Of a DNA stretch of 64,000 nt, positions 53,895-62,330 are shown in pieces. The stretch lies in assembly GCA_965216735.1 (NCBI GenBank), contig OZ244198.1, forward strand, positions 4,927,478 through 4,991,477, read 5' to 3'. Made by a program: the position numbers and the translations under genes. Position 1 is the stretch's first letter. Each line of letters begins with the position of its first letter. The notes beneath the pieces are model-generated. The model worked only from the letters and a program-made list of their open reading frames with translations. It ran no database searches and was not told the origin of the DNA. Source of the stretch: Arenicellales bacterium (GTDB lineage Bacteria; Pseudomonadota; Gammaproteobacteria; Arenicellales; CBDCFT01).

Positions 53895-55253
53895 TCAGGT
53901 TTGCAAATACCACTCGTATTCTTTAGCAGTTATCACGTCTTCAAAAGCTTCGAGTTCAGCCTGTTTGCATTCAGTATAAGCTTGCACATAGCGGTCACCG
54001 AGGTAGTCTTTTAATACAGCGCTTGCCGCCATACGATCAAGTGCCAGTTGCAGGCGGAAGGGTAAATTCGGGTCGCATGTTTCACAGGCATTACCGTCAT
54101 GTGGTTCGCCTGGATCGATCTTATTGTCTATGCCATAGTGCATCCCGGCTAATATTACAGCCAGTGCCAAATAAGGATTAGCGTCAGCGCCAGCGACTCG
54201 GTGTTCGATACGTCTGGATGCACCGTCGCCGATGGGGATACGAATTGCCGTGGAACGATTTTCGAATCCCCAGCTTGCTTGGGTAGGAACGAAATGGTCG
54301 GGTTGAAAACGACGATAGGAATTGACGCTTGGTGCCAACACTGCCATGTATCCTGGCATGAGTCGCAACACGCCACCGATGGCGTGACGCATAGTGTCGG
54401 AAATGTTGTTACCGGTTTGGCCGCCGCCATCGAACATGTTTGTATCGTTTTTGCCGTAAAGACTAATGTGTAGATGCAATCCGCTTCCCGCCTGTTCCAA
54501 GTAAGGCTTAGGCATAAAAGTCGCTTGCATACCGTGTTTACGCGCAATGCCTTGCACTGCTCGTTTGAACATCACGCACTCATCCGCCGCCCGCAGCAAG
54601 TCATTTGTGTGATTCAGGTTAATTTCGAATTGACCGGGTGCATACTCGGAGGTAATCGCACCGATTTTTATGTTTTGTAGTTCACAACAGCGAGTAACGT
54701 CTGCCAAATACTCAGCGAAATCGTCCAAAGCATTGAAACCATATACTTGGATTGATGACGCCCTGGTGTTGGCAGAAGGTGCTTTCGGTGCTTGTGGAAA
54801 TCCGGCAGCGGTTCTTTGTTGGTCGATAAGATAGAACTCTAGCTCAAACGCCGTCACCGGTTTTAATTCACTATCATCGAACCTTTCTAACACCCGTCGT
54901 AAAACATTACGCGGTTCGAAGTGGTAAGGTACATTGTCCGTGCAGTGCAAAGTCATCATGGCTTGCGCGGTCGGGTAATCAGCCCACGGAACCGGCGCCA
55001 GGGTGCCGGGAATAACACTGACCAATTCATCCGGGTCACCGTCGGAAAAGCCCAGTCCGAGCGGGTTCATGTTTTCACCGGTTACCGAAAGTAAGAATAC
55101 CGAGCCACAGTGAGCCGCGCCTTTTTCGAAGACTTTTTCTAGCTGATCGGCTGGATAACGTTTGCCACGGACGACGCCACATAGGTCGCCATAAAAAAGA
55201 TCGAAATATTGGAGATCGGGATAGCTTTTTCGAAAGGTCTTCAGTGAGTCCAT
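53895..55253 (-). CDS. Glutamine synthetase-family gamma-glutamyl-amine ligase (PuuA/GmaS-like)
   Basis: 'ELEFYL', 'EYAPGQFEINL', 'ATFMPKP...GSGLHLHISL', 'NSYRRF', 'NRSTAIRIP' and 'RIEHRVAGADANPYL' give the type I GS fold. No adenylylation-loop context noted. Confidence 0.88.
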   Translation of the reverse strand: MDSLKTFRKSYPDLQYFDLFYGDLCGVVRGKRYPADQLEKVFEKGAAHCGSVFLLSVTGENMNPLGLGFSDGDPDELVSVIPGTLAPVPWADYPTAQAMMTLHCTDNVPYHFEPRNVLRRVLERFDDSELKPVTAFELEFYLIDQQRTAAGFPQAPKAPSANTRASSIQVYGFNALDDFAEYLADVTRCCELQNIKIGAITSEYAPGQFEINLNHTNDLLRAADECVMFKRAVQGIARKHGMQATFMPKPYLEQAGSGLHLHISLYGKNDTNMFDGGGQTGNNISDTMRHAIGGVLRLMPGYMAVLAPSVNSYRRFQPDHFVPTQASWGFENRSTAIRIPIGDGASRRIEHRVAGADANPYLALAVILAGMHYGIDNKIDPGEPHDGNACETCDPNLPFRLQLALDRMAASAVLKDYLGDRYVQAYTECKQAELEAFEDVITAKEYEWYLQT

Positions 55254-55264
55254 TATTGTTGGTT

Positions 55265-56296
55265 TTACTTCGTTTTGTTGTTAGACGAACTCCCACGATA
55301 GTCGAACGTAGCATTGATTCGGTCGATCAAATATCGTCCTCCCGTCGTCGGTGGGTATTTTGGCAGGTTGTCCGGTGTTTGACAGCTTTCCAGACAGGTA
55401 ATAGGTGTATCAAACTCAGGATCGTAAAAGAAGGCAATGGAATAGCGGTGTTTGTAGGGATGACTGATGACACGATGCACCGTAGACGAAAACAACTTAT
55501 TGGTCCATCGCTCCAACATATCACCAACATTGATGACAAACGTGTCGTCGATGGGTATCGCATTTAGCCAGTTGCCAGCCTTGTCTTTGATTTGCAGACC
55601 GCCCACGTCATCTTGGGCAAGAATGGTCAGGCAACCGAAGTCGGTATGCACACCGGCGCCGAGCCGTGATTCGTCAAAGTTGTTTGACCGTGGTGGATAA
55701 TGCAATGGACCGATAGTCGCCATAGGATGGCGCAGATATTTATCAAAGAAGTTTTCGTTTAAATCCAGCGCTAGCGCAAAAGCACGCATGAGTTCCAACC
55801 CGAGCTTTTGGCACACCTTGTAATAGACTTGCATGGACTCTTTCCAGCCCGGTAGACCGTCCGGCCATTGGTTGGGGCCATGCAAAGGTGTGTTGGCAGT
55901 TACCGTAGGATGATCCATTGCCAGGTCACGGCCAATCTTTATTCCTTCTTTATAGTCGCCACCGTATTGTTGTTTGGCCGGGTCCAGATTTTCGCCACCG
56001 ATTGCAAAATAACCACGGTGATAGGGTGAGTTTTCGATGGCAATTCCTGATTTTGTTTTCAATGGCAGGTCAAAAAAAAGTTTGGCCTGTGCGAATGTTT
56101 CGTCGATCAGGTCTTGGTCGACACCATGATTTTTAATGTAGAAAAATCCAATATTCCGGCAAGCGTCGCCGATTTCCTTAGCCACGCCCTGCCGTTGCCG
56201 GGTGTTGCCGTGCAAATACGGTTGTAAGTCGATAACAGGAATCGAATGAAAACGTGGATTTTTACCACACGATTCCCGGTTTTCAACAACTGCCAT
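55265..56296 (-). CDS. 2-oxoglutarate/Fe(II)-dependent oxygenase (isopenicillin N synthase family)
   Basis: 'IPVIDL', 'GFFYIKNHGV', facial triad 'GVHTDFGCLTIL...' and 'STVHRV'. Confidence 0.85.
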   Translation of the reverse strand: MAVVENRESCGKNPRFHSIPVIDLQPYLHGNTRQRQGVAKEIGDACRNIGFFYIKNHGVDQDLIDETFAQAKLFFDLPLKTKSGIAIENSPYHRGYFAIGGENLDPAKQQYGGDYKEGIKIGRDLAMDHPTVTANTPLHGPNQWPDGLPGWKESMQVYYKVCQKLGLELMRAFALALDLNENFFDKYLRHPMATIGPLHYPPRSNNFDESRLGAGVHTDFGCLTILAQDDVGGLQIKDKAGNWLNAIPIDDTFVINVGDMLERWTNKLFSSTVHRVISHPYKHRYSIAFFYDPEFDTPITCLESCQTPDNLPKYPPTTGGRYLIDRINATFDYRGSSSNNKTK

Positions 56297-56393
56297 TTTT
56301 ATTCACAAAACATCATCATACAGTTCGATTTGCAATGTACCATACCGGATATATGGGCTATAACTTTTTATTTAACGTTTTTAAAAAAAGAAT

Positions 56394-57941
56394 TTGACTC
56401 AAGCACTACTCGGTATTGATCTGGGTGCAAGCGGCCTCAAAGCAACCATCGTCTGTCCGGACGGCGGTGATGTATTGGGAGCAAGTTCGCATCCGATAAG
56501 TACGCAACGACCACAAGCGAATTGGTCCGAGCAAAATCCGTTCGATTGGTACCACGCATTATGTATCGCTGTGCCAAAAGCACTGGCCAAGAGCAAGCTC
56601 GATTCCAGTGCCGTCAAGGGCATTGCTATTAGCGCCGGCGCTCACATTCCGGTGTTGCTGGATAAGAATGACAAGATTATTCGTCCGGCCATTATGTGGA
56701 ATGATCAACGTAGCGCGACCCAGGCACTAGCGTTGGAAGAACAACACGGCGATCTGATTATTGGCAAATCCTTGAACAGGGTGAATCCCACTTGGTCACT
56801 GGCCATGTTGCATTGGTTACAACAACACGAACCCGAAAATATCGCTCGAGTGCACAAACTGTGTATGGCCAAGGACTATTTGCGCTTGTGTTTGACCGGT
56901 GAATGGGCAACGGATTTCGGCGATGTCATCGGTGCATTGATGGGTGATATTGAAACTCGCGCCTGGTCAGAGGAAGTTTCCAAGTCGATCGATTGGCCGG
57001 TGGACACGTTGCCACCGGTAAAAAGTGCGACCGATGTAAGTGGCGAAATTTCTACAGAGGTTGCAGGAGACACAGGTTTGAAAACGGGAACACCGGTGAT
57101 GGTGGGCAGTATTGACACGACCGTCGAATTGCTAGGTGCCGGTGTAATGGACGAAGGCCAGGCCGCGATAAAACTGGCGACGGCGGGTGTTTTATCTTTG
57201 GTGGCAAACGAACCCGTTTTAAAACCACCTATTTCCTGTTATCCGCATTTACAGAATGATCGTTACTACGTTGCGGCGGGTACTAATTCATGCGCGTCAG
57301 CCCATCAATGGGCACGCGATCAATTGGTGTTTCCGAAAGGTATTACTAACGACGGAACACTGGTTGACGGTTTCAAAGCAATGGATGATCTCGCGGCTAA
57401 AGTGGCACCCGGAAGCGACGGTCTGATTTTTCATCCTTACTTGCAAGGTGAACGCGCACCGTACTGGGATCCTGATCTGCGTGCAGACTTCCTAGGTTTG
57501 ACCATGCAACATACAAGCGCGCACATCGCCCGCGCCGTATATGAGGGCATTGCATATTCCATAAGGGACTTATTGCACGATGCCGGAGAAAAAGATTTTC
57601 ACTTTAATTCGGCACGTTTGATTGGTGGTGGAGCAAGCAGTGTCACCTGGCGTCAAATTACGGCCGATGTCACAGGACTGATGTTACATATTCCAACACA
57701 CGGTGACGCGTCGTTCGGCAGCGCATTACTGGCAGGCATTGGAATCGGCGAATTTACCGACGCTGCCGATGCGATCAATCGTTGCGTAAAAATAATCGAC
57801 CAGGTGAAACCGGATCCCGGCACACGTAGTATTTACGATACGATGTTTGATTTGTACCGGCGCGCCCAACAAGTCTTAGTGCCCATCAATCACGAATTAG
57901 CAGAGTTAAACAGACAAAATGAACTGGGCAACAAAACTTAG
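56394..57941 (+). CDS. FGGY-family carbohydrate kinase (xylulokinase-like)
   Basis: 'LLGIDLGASGLKA', 'MWNDQRS', 'GGGASSVTWRQITADV'. TTG start in the track. Confidence 0.88.
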   Translation: MTQALLGIDLGASGLKATIVCPDGGDVLGASSHPISTQRPQANWSEQNPFDWYHALCIAVPKALAKSKLDSSAVKGIAISAGAHIPVLLDKNDKIIRPAIMWNDQRSATQALALEEQHGDLIIGKSLNRVNPTWSLAMLHWLQQHEPENIARVHKLCMAKDYLRLCLTGEWATDFGDVIGALMGDIETRAWSEEVSKSIDWPVDTLPPVKSATDVSGEISTEVAGDTGLKTGTPVMVGSIDTTVELLGAGVMDEGQAAIKLATAGVLSLVANEPVLKPPISCYPHLQNDRYYVAAGTNSCASAHQWARDQLVFPKGITNDGTLVDGFKAMDDLAAKVAPGSDGLIFHPYLQGERAPYWDPDLRADFLGLTMQHTSAHIARAVYEGIAYSIRDLLHDAGEKDFHFNSARLIGGGASSVTWRQITADVTGLMLHIPTHGDASFGSALLAGIGIGEFTDAADAINRCVKIIDQVKPDPGTRSIYDTMFDLYRRAQQVLVPINHELAELNRQNELGNKT

Positions 57942-58331
57942 TCGCGACGAGTTGCTTCAGGACATCGATGCAATTCGAAATCATTGCGACTTCATTTCAG
58001 TCAGAGAAGAATATCTAAAAGCCGTATCCAAAATATGGATATTGAACTCATACAAACGTTATTAAACGCAGGCACAAATCCCAATATCGTTGAACCTTGG
58101 GGTGACGATTTATTGATCGGTCTTGTTTACGAATACTCTGCTTCAAGAACTACGAAGCAAGAAGACATCATCGCGATTATCAAGATGTTGTTAGAACACG
58201 AGGCTGATCCGAACTTCGTTGGTCAGGGAAACTGACGTGCTATCGATCGCTGTATAGAATGAAACTACAGTGATCTCGCCGAGTTGTTCGTCAATTTCGG
58301 CGTCGAACCGGAACAGCGTGAACATGTTTAG
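57919..58331 (+). pseudogene. Degraded ankyrin-repeat gene (one frameshift, two in-frame TGA codons)
   Basis: A 48-codon ORF from ATG 57919 ends out of frame with the track ORF 57984-58235 ('DIELIQTLLNAGTNPN...IIKMLLEHEADPN', ANK-like). The same frame continues 'GN*RAIDRCIE*NYSDLAELFVNFGVEP' to TAG at 58329-58331. Confidence 0.55.
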
Positions 58332-58430
58332 CTCCGTCGGATGCAATACGTTGTGCCGAGTGTAGTAATTAAATCCATATTGTGGTTGTTTGGATCGAAC
58401 GTCACCTATCCTAGGACTGTCGAAGATTTG

Positions 58431-58571
58431 TCGATAGACATTAGGAAGCCAAATCCTATGTCAGTCCCGACTTCAAGAACCGATGATGTCCATTCGAAAA
58501 TGTTCGATGTGTATCGCTGCGCACAACGCGCGTTGGTACCCGTTAGCCACGAATTAGCGAACATCAAATGA
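58431..58571 (+). pseudogene. Remnant of an FGGY kinase 3' end (diverged duplicate of the C-terminus of the gene at 56394-57941)
   Basis: 'SIDIRKPNP...SKMFDVYRCAQRALVPVSHELANIK*' parallels the intact gene's 'IIDQVKPDP...YDTMFDLYRRAQQVLVPINHELAELN'. There is no upstream kinase body. Confidence 0.6.
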
Positions 58572-58911
58572 TAGAAAGGTAAATCTATGCATTTTCCAAA
58601 ATGTGAAGCAAATACGTTCAAACCTACTAAGCTAGATTACGAGTTGCCTGCGATGGATGTATTGTGTGCAGTGTGACAGCGTGTTGGCGTTGTGGTTAAG
58701 ACGTTGTACAGCAAAGTGGCGATAGAGGGTATGTTGTCGGGAAGTCCGGCACTGATTCACGAAATCGAAAAGATTTTCGCTGAGTCAGCACAGTAGGCCA
58801 ACACGTTGCGCCAAATGGCTCTTGCGTTGTATCGCATGATTAATCATTGATTTGTGCGATGAATTGTGCAAGTATTTGCACAAATACTATTCGTGAACAA
58901 AGTAATTACTC

Positions 58912-59112
58912 GTGGCAACTAATCTTGAGATTAATAACGAACTGATCCAGGAAGCGTTAAGGTTAGGCGAACACCGTACCAAGCGGGCGGTGGTGGAAGA
59001 AGCGTTGCAAGAGTACGTGCAACGACGGAAACAGCTTAAAGTGACGGCGCTATTTGGCACGATCGAATACAACGAAAATTATAACTATAAAAAGCAACGT
59101 CGAAAGAAATGA
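58912..59112 (+). CDS. vapB: VapB-family type II antitoxin (DUF2191/Rv0623-like)
   Basis: 'TNLEINNELIQEALRLGEHRTKRAVVEEALQEYVQRRKQ' is typical of the ribbon-helix-helix VapB family. 4-nt ATGA overlap with vapC. GTG start. Confidence 0.8.
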   Translation: MATNLEINNELIQEALRLGEHRTKRAVVEEALQEYVQRRKQLKVTALFGTIEYNENYNYKKQRRKK

Positions 59113-59528
59113 AGGTCATTGTTGATACCTCAATTTGGTCTCTAGCATTTAGACGTCGTAGAAATCCAGATAATCACCACGTAGAAATGCTTCGAGAACT
59201 CATTACGGACGGACGAGTTGTTCTTCTCGGAGTAGTCAGGCAAGAAATGCTCTCAGGTATAAAACATGTTCAGCAGTTTGAGAGACTCAAAAATGATCTT
59301 CGCGCTTTTCCCGATCTCGCGTTAGAGCAGGAAGATTATGAAGTAGCGGCGGGTTACTTCAATATTTGCCGAAGGAAGGGTGTACAAGGAGCAAACACCG
59401 ATTTTCTGATTTGTGCTTCAGCTGCTCGCAGGGATTATGAAATACTGACGACCGATAATGATTTTGACGGTTTTAGTCAACATTTACCGATTACATTGAT
59501 GGAACAATACCGCGGTATTCCAACTTAA
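59109..59528 (+). CDS. vapC: PIN-domain ribonuclease toxin VapC
   Basis: 'MKVIVDTSIW' (first acidic residue) and 'TDFLICASAARRDYEILTTDNDF' (PIN C-terminal acidic residues). Confidence 0.88.
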   Translation: MKVIVDTSIWSLAFRRRRNPDNHHVEMLRELITDGRVVLLGVVRQEMLSGIKHVQQFERLKNDLRAFPDLALEQEDYEVAAGYFNICRRKGVQGANTDFLICASAARRDYEILTTDNDFDGFSQHLPITLMEQYRGIPT

Positions 59529-59672
59529 GCATTGCAACTGGTATTCTGAGGCCACTTGCGGGCCCAACAACGCACTGTGTCGAATGAGTTTACGATGCTA
59601 GGGGCGTTTCATAGACAGTGCCGGTGCCATATCGCTTTAATATAGACATGCGGCAGACGGACAAACCTTCCT

Positions 59673-59996
59673 TTGCGTTTTAATCCAATTGAATCCCGTG
59701 GTTACCGGGCAGCAATTGCGCTGTTTGAAGGTTGGTTTTTATTAATGGATTACTTTCTAGTTGCCGGTGTTTATAGCTGGTTTGCATTCTTTCTTACCTG
59801 GAATCTTGTTCGGATTATTACATCGCCATTTATCAGATTCTTATGTCACTCGAGTCGTGTATTTGTGGTTCTAGTAATTGTGGCTTTCTTGGCTGGGTTA
59901 GCGGCGGGCCTAGCCCCGGATAATGACGTGCGACTTTTCTTGCTCGCGGCGGTCTGCGTGCTTGGAATTCCATTGTTCATAGTCTTGCATATTTAG
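59673..59996 (+). CDS. Hypothetical small membrane protein
   Basis: The ORF has three hydrophobic stretches. The TTG start is questionable (alternative ATG at 59745). No family recognised. Confidence 0.35.
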   Translation: MRFNPIESRGYRAAIALFEGWFLLMDYFLVAGVYSWFAFFLTWNLVRIITSPFIRFLCHSSRVFVVLVIVAFLAGLAAGLAPDNDVRLFLLAAVCVLGIPLFIVLHI

Positions 59997-60155
59997 CAAT
60001 CCCCGCATTTTCAGAAGGTGTTTTCTTCATTCGAATCCAGTAGGGCGCACAACTTGGAAGTTCGGTAACCCACTTTGCGACACAGTATTTCGTCAATAGT
60101 CCAGGCACAACATGTTGCGCCACGTGCTATTTAGGACAAAACTGACTTTTTAGTC

Positions 60156-60707
60156 TTAGCCGAGCCGCTGAAAACGGTGCGGGTACTCCATCACCAAGCC
60201 GTCAGTATCAACCGTCAGCTCAACTGAAAATTCGGGGTTTAATTTTTCGTACTTATACCGGTGTCCGACCTGTACGCAAGTATAACGTTGTTGTACCGGT
60301 TCAGGTGACAAGCTGGGCATGGAAACATGTACCGTTTTGATATCGCGCATCTGGCCTTCCGCCAGATTGAGTCGACGAACGGGTAGTGTGTTGGTAAATG
60401 GCGTGACGGCGATGTCGATATCGATGCAACCGGACAGGTTTTGCAAGGCAAATCCCTTACCATCAATCCAGTTTCCTTCACCATCAGTGTTAAGTTCGAG
60501 AAACCAGGTCGAGCCAGTCATTTCCACCTTGGCGTAACGCACCCGCCAATACTCATCGCATTCCACACGATATCGCAGACCGTAGGATTTCTCATCCACA
60601 TCGCAAATGACCACACTATCCGCAATAATCCGGTGCGGATCTTGTCTTAGTGTTAAGTGTTCTAGCCCAATCCCATCCCACGTGCTCCAACGAACATCGG
60701 TATTCAT
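60156..60707 (-). CDS. Putative glycolipid-binding domain protein (PF06475-like)
   Basis: 'WSTWDGIGLEHLTL...ADSVVI...YGLRYRVECDEYWRVRYAKVE' resembles the family pattern as I recall it. Moderate certainty. Confidence 0.55.
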   Translation of the reverse strand: MNTDVRWSTWDGIGLEHLTLRQDPHRIIADSVVICDVDEKSYGLRYRVECDEYWRVRYAKVEMTGSTWFLELNTDGEGNWIDGKGFALQNLSGCIDIDIAVTPFTNTLPVRRLNLAEGQMRDIKTVHVSMPSLSPEPVQQRYTCVQVGHRYKYEKLNPEFSVELTVDTDGLVMEYPHRFQRLG

Positions 60708-60735
60708 CTAAACCCCTTGTTATCGAATATTAAAC

Positions 60736-61452
60736 TTACTTGCGGAATTTTCCGTGTTTTAAGAAGTATATGCTCTGTTCAATGACAGACCGGTTATTCA
60801 TTATAAACGTGTGACCGCTGTCCACCACAAAAAAATCTGCCATTTCCTCCAACTTAGTACTTTCAACGGAGACTTTTCCGTCATCACTGCCGCTGATAAG
60901 CGGTGAAAACCAGGGATCGGAACTGGATTCGCCCGCAATGATGCCAATGTGCAGGGCGATTGGCGCCAACTGTTTGGGCAAGCTGTTTTCTTCTGTGCCG
61001 AGTTGTTGTCCAGCTGGGCCGGTGGATGCAGAGAATATCCAATAGTCCTTCAATACATCGACTATTTCGCTACCTTGATTCGGCGACGCCAGCATAACGG
61101 CACGAGAACTTTTTGGCGCAGGATGCGTTTGAAAATATTGTCTTAGCAAGATCCCACCCATCGAATGGGTTACAAAGTGGACTTGGCTTGCATTGTTTTC
61201 GTTACAGTAAACCAAACCTTTTGATAGATGGTCTTTAGCCAGATCAGCTATGGTTTCATCAGTGGACGGATAACTTTCATTCCACACCATATATCCTGCT
61301 TTGCGTAGGCTGCGTTCCATCAGATACATCGACCATTTGGTACGACCCAGGCCATGCAGAATGATGACACATGTATCATTCGCCCAAACATTTGCTTCGG
61401 TCCAGGTGAACGACAAGATTAGCGCTGCAATGGCGAACTTCAAGCGACTCAT
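60736..61452 (-). CDS. Secreted alpha/beta hydrolase (esterase/lipase-like)
   Basis: The ATG at 61452 (MSRLKFAIAALILSF, signal peptide) overlaps the upstream stop (ATGA). 'VIILHGLGRT' and nucleophile elbow 'THSMGG'. Confidence 0.8.
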   Translation of the reverse strand: MSRLKFAIAALILSFTWTEANVWANDTCVIILHGLGRTKWSMYLMERSLRKAGYMVWNESYPSTDETIADLAKDHLSKGLVYCNENNASQVHFVTHSMGGILLRQYFQTHPAPKSSRAVMLASPNQGSEIVDVLKDYWIFSASTGPAGQQLGTEENSLPKQLAPIALHIGIIAGESSSDPWFSPLISGSDDGKVSVESTKLEEMADFFVVDSGHTFIMNNRSVIEQSIYFLKHGKFRK

Positions 61453-62192
61453 GTTTTTTCCCGTCGCTTTAACTTGGCAAACACACCGTATTCCCATTTG
61501 CGCAGTGCCAACACCATGGTAGTGCCATGGCGTTGCTCCAAGCTCAGATTGGCATCGTCGTTATTTAGCTCGGTGAATTCACTGGCAAGACGTTGCATAC
61601 GGCGTTGTAGTACTGCGTTCGATGTGTCTGACAACATGCCGTTGATGCACACGAGTAGTTCGGTTTGTTGATCGAATCTAGAATTGAAAAACTCCGCTTC
61701 CACGCGGGACAAAAAAAATCGTTGAATGGGTCCGCCCTCCAGCCATTTAAAATTCGGTGCTACGCGAAGTTTGACCCGATTATTCGGTAATAAATCAATG
61801 AACTTTAACCGGTCCAGCTTTGCCAGTTTGCGAACGCAGTCGGTTTTGCGGATAGCGTAGCTTTCAAGAATCTCGCCCACTGTCCAATGATTCAATAAAC
61901 AAATTGCGATCAGCATCAACAAAGGATCGGAGGCGATCTCCTGTTCCTGCTCTTCCGTAAGTTGATTGATTTGATGCTGGTCGTCGTTCATCAACTGCAC
62001 CAGGTCGGAGATTTCCATCTCCATCATTTGGCAAATGCGATCCAGTCGTCGTAACGAAAAACTCTTTTCCGAAAACAATCGTTTTACACTAGCCTCGGTC
62101 AATTCTAATGCGTCCGCTACATCGGCATAGGTTTTGCCATGAGTCTTGAGAGTTTTCTTTAATATATTGATCAGCGGAGCTGTCTGCGCCAT
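61449..62192 (-). CDS. XRE-family HTH transcriptional regulator with a C-terminal uncharacterised domain
   Basis: 'LKTHGKTYADVADALELTEASVKRLFSEKSFSLRRLDRICQMMEMEISDL'. Confidence 0.8.
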   Translation of the reverse strand: MAQTAPLINILKKTLKTHGKTYADVADALELTEASVKRLFSEKSFSLRRLDRICQMMEMEISDLVQLMNDDQHQINQLTEEQEQEIASDPLLMLIAICLLNHWTVGEILESYAIRKTDCVRKLAKLDRLKFIDLLPNNRVKLRVAPNFKWLEGGPIQRFFLSRVEAEFFNSRFDQQTELLVCINGMLSDTSNAVLQRRMQRLASEFTELNNDDANLSLEQRHGTTMVLALRKWEYGVFAKLKRREKT

Positions 62193-62330
62193 ACCGGTTA
62201 CCTCTTTAAAAAGTATCTTATTTTAATACCATTAGTTATATAAAACACTTCTTTTTCTACTTAAGTTGCGATATATAGACCTTACTCGATATGTTGCGCG
62301 CTGGCAACTTGAATTTAACAGGACAAAACC

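Noticed and set aside
58674-58730. Selenocysteine insertion at the C-A-V-TGA position of the small ORF.
   Set aside because: I could not fold a SECIS-like stem-loop in the ~50 nt downstream of the TGA (the sequence contains direct CGTTGT repeats rather than inverted ones). No selenoprotein family was recognised.
60020-60060. A TTCGAATCC T-loop-like motif suggesting a tRNA.
   Set aside because: The flanking bases (CTTCA / CAGTA) cannot form a T-stem, and there is no acceptor or anticodon arm.
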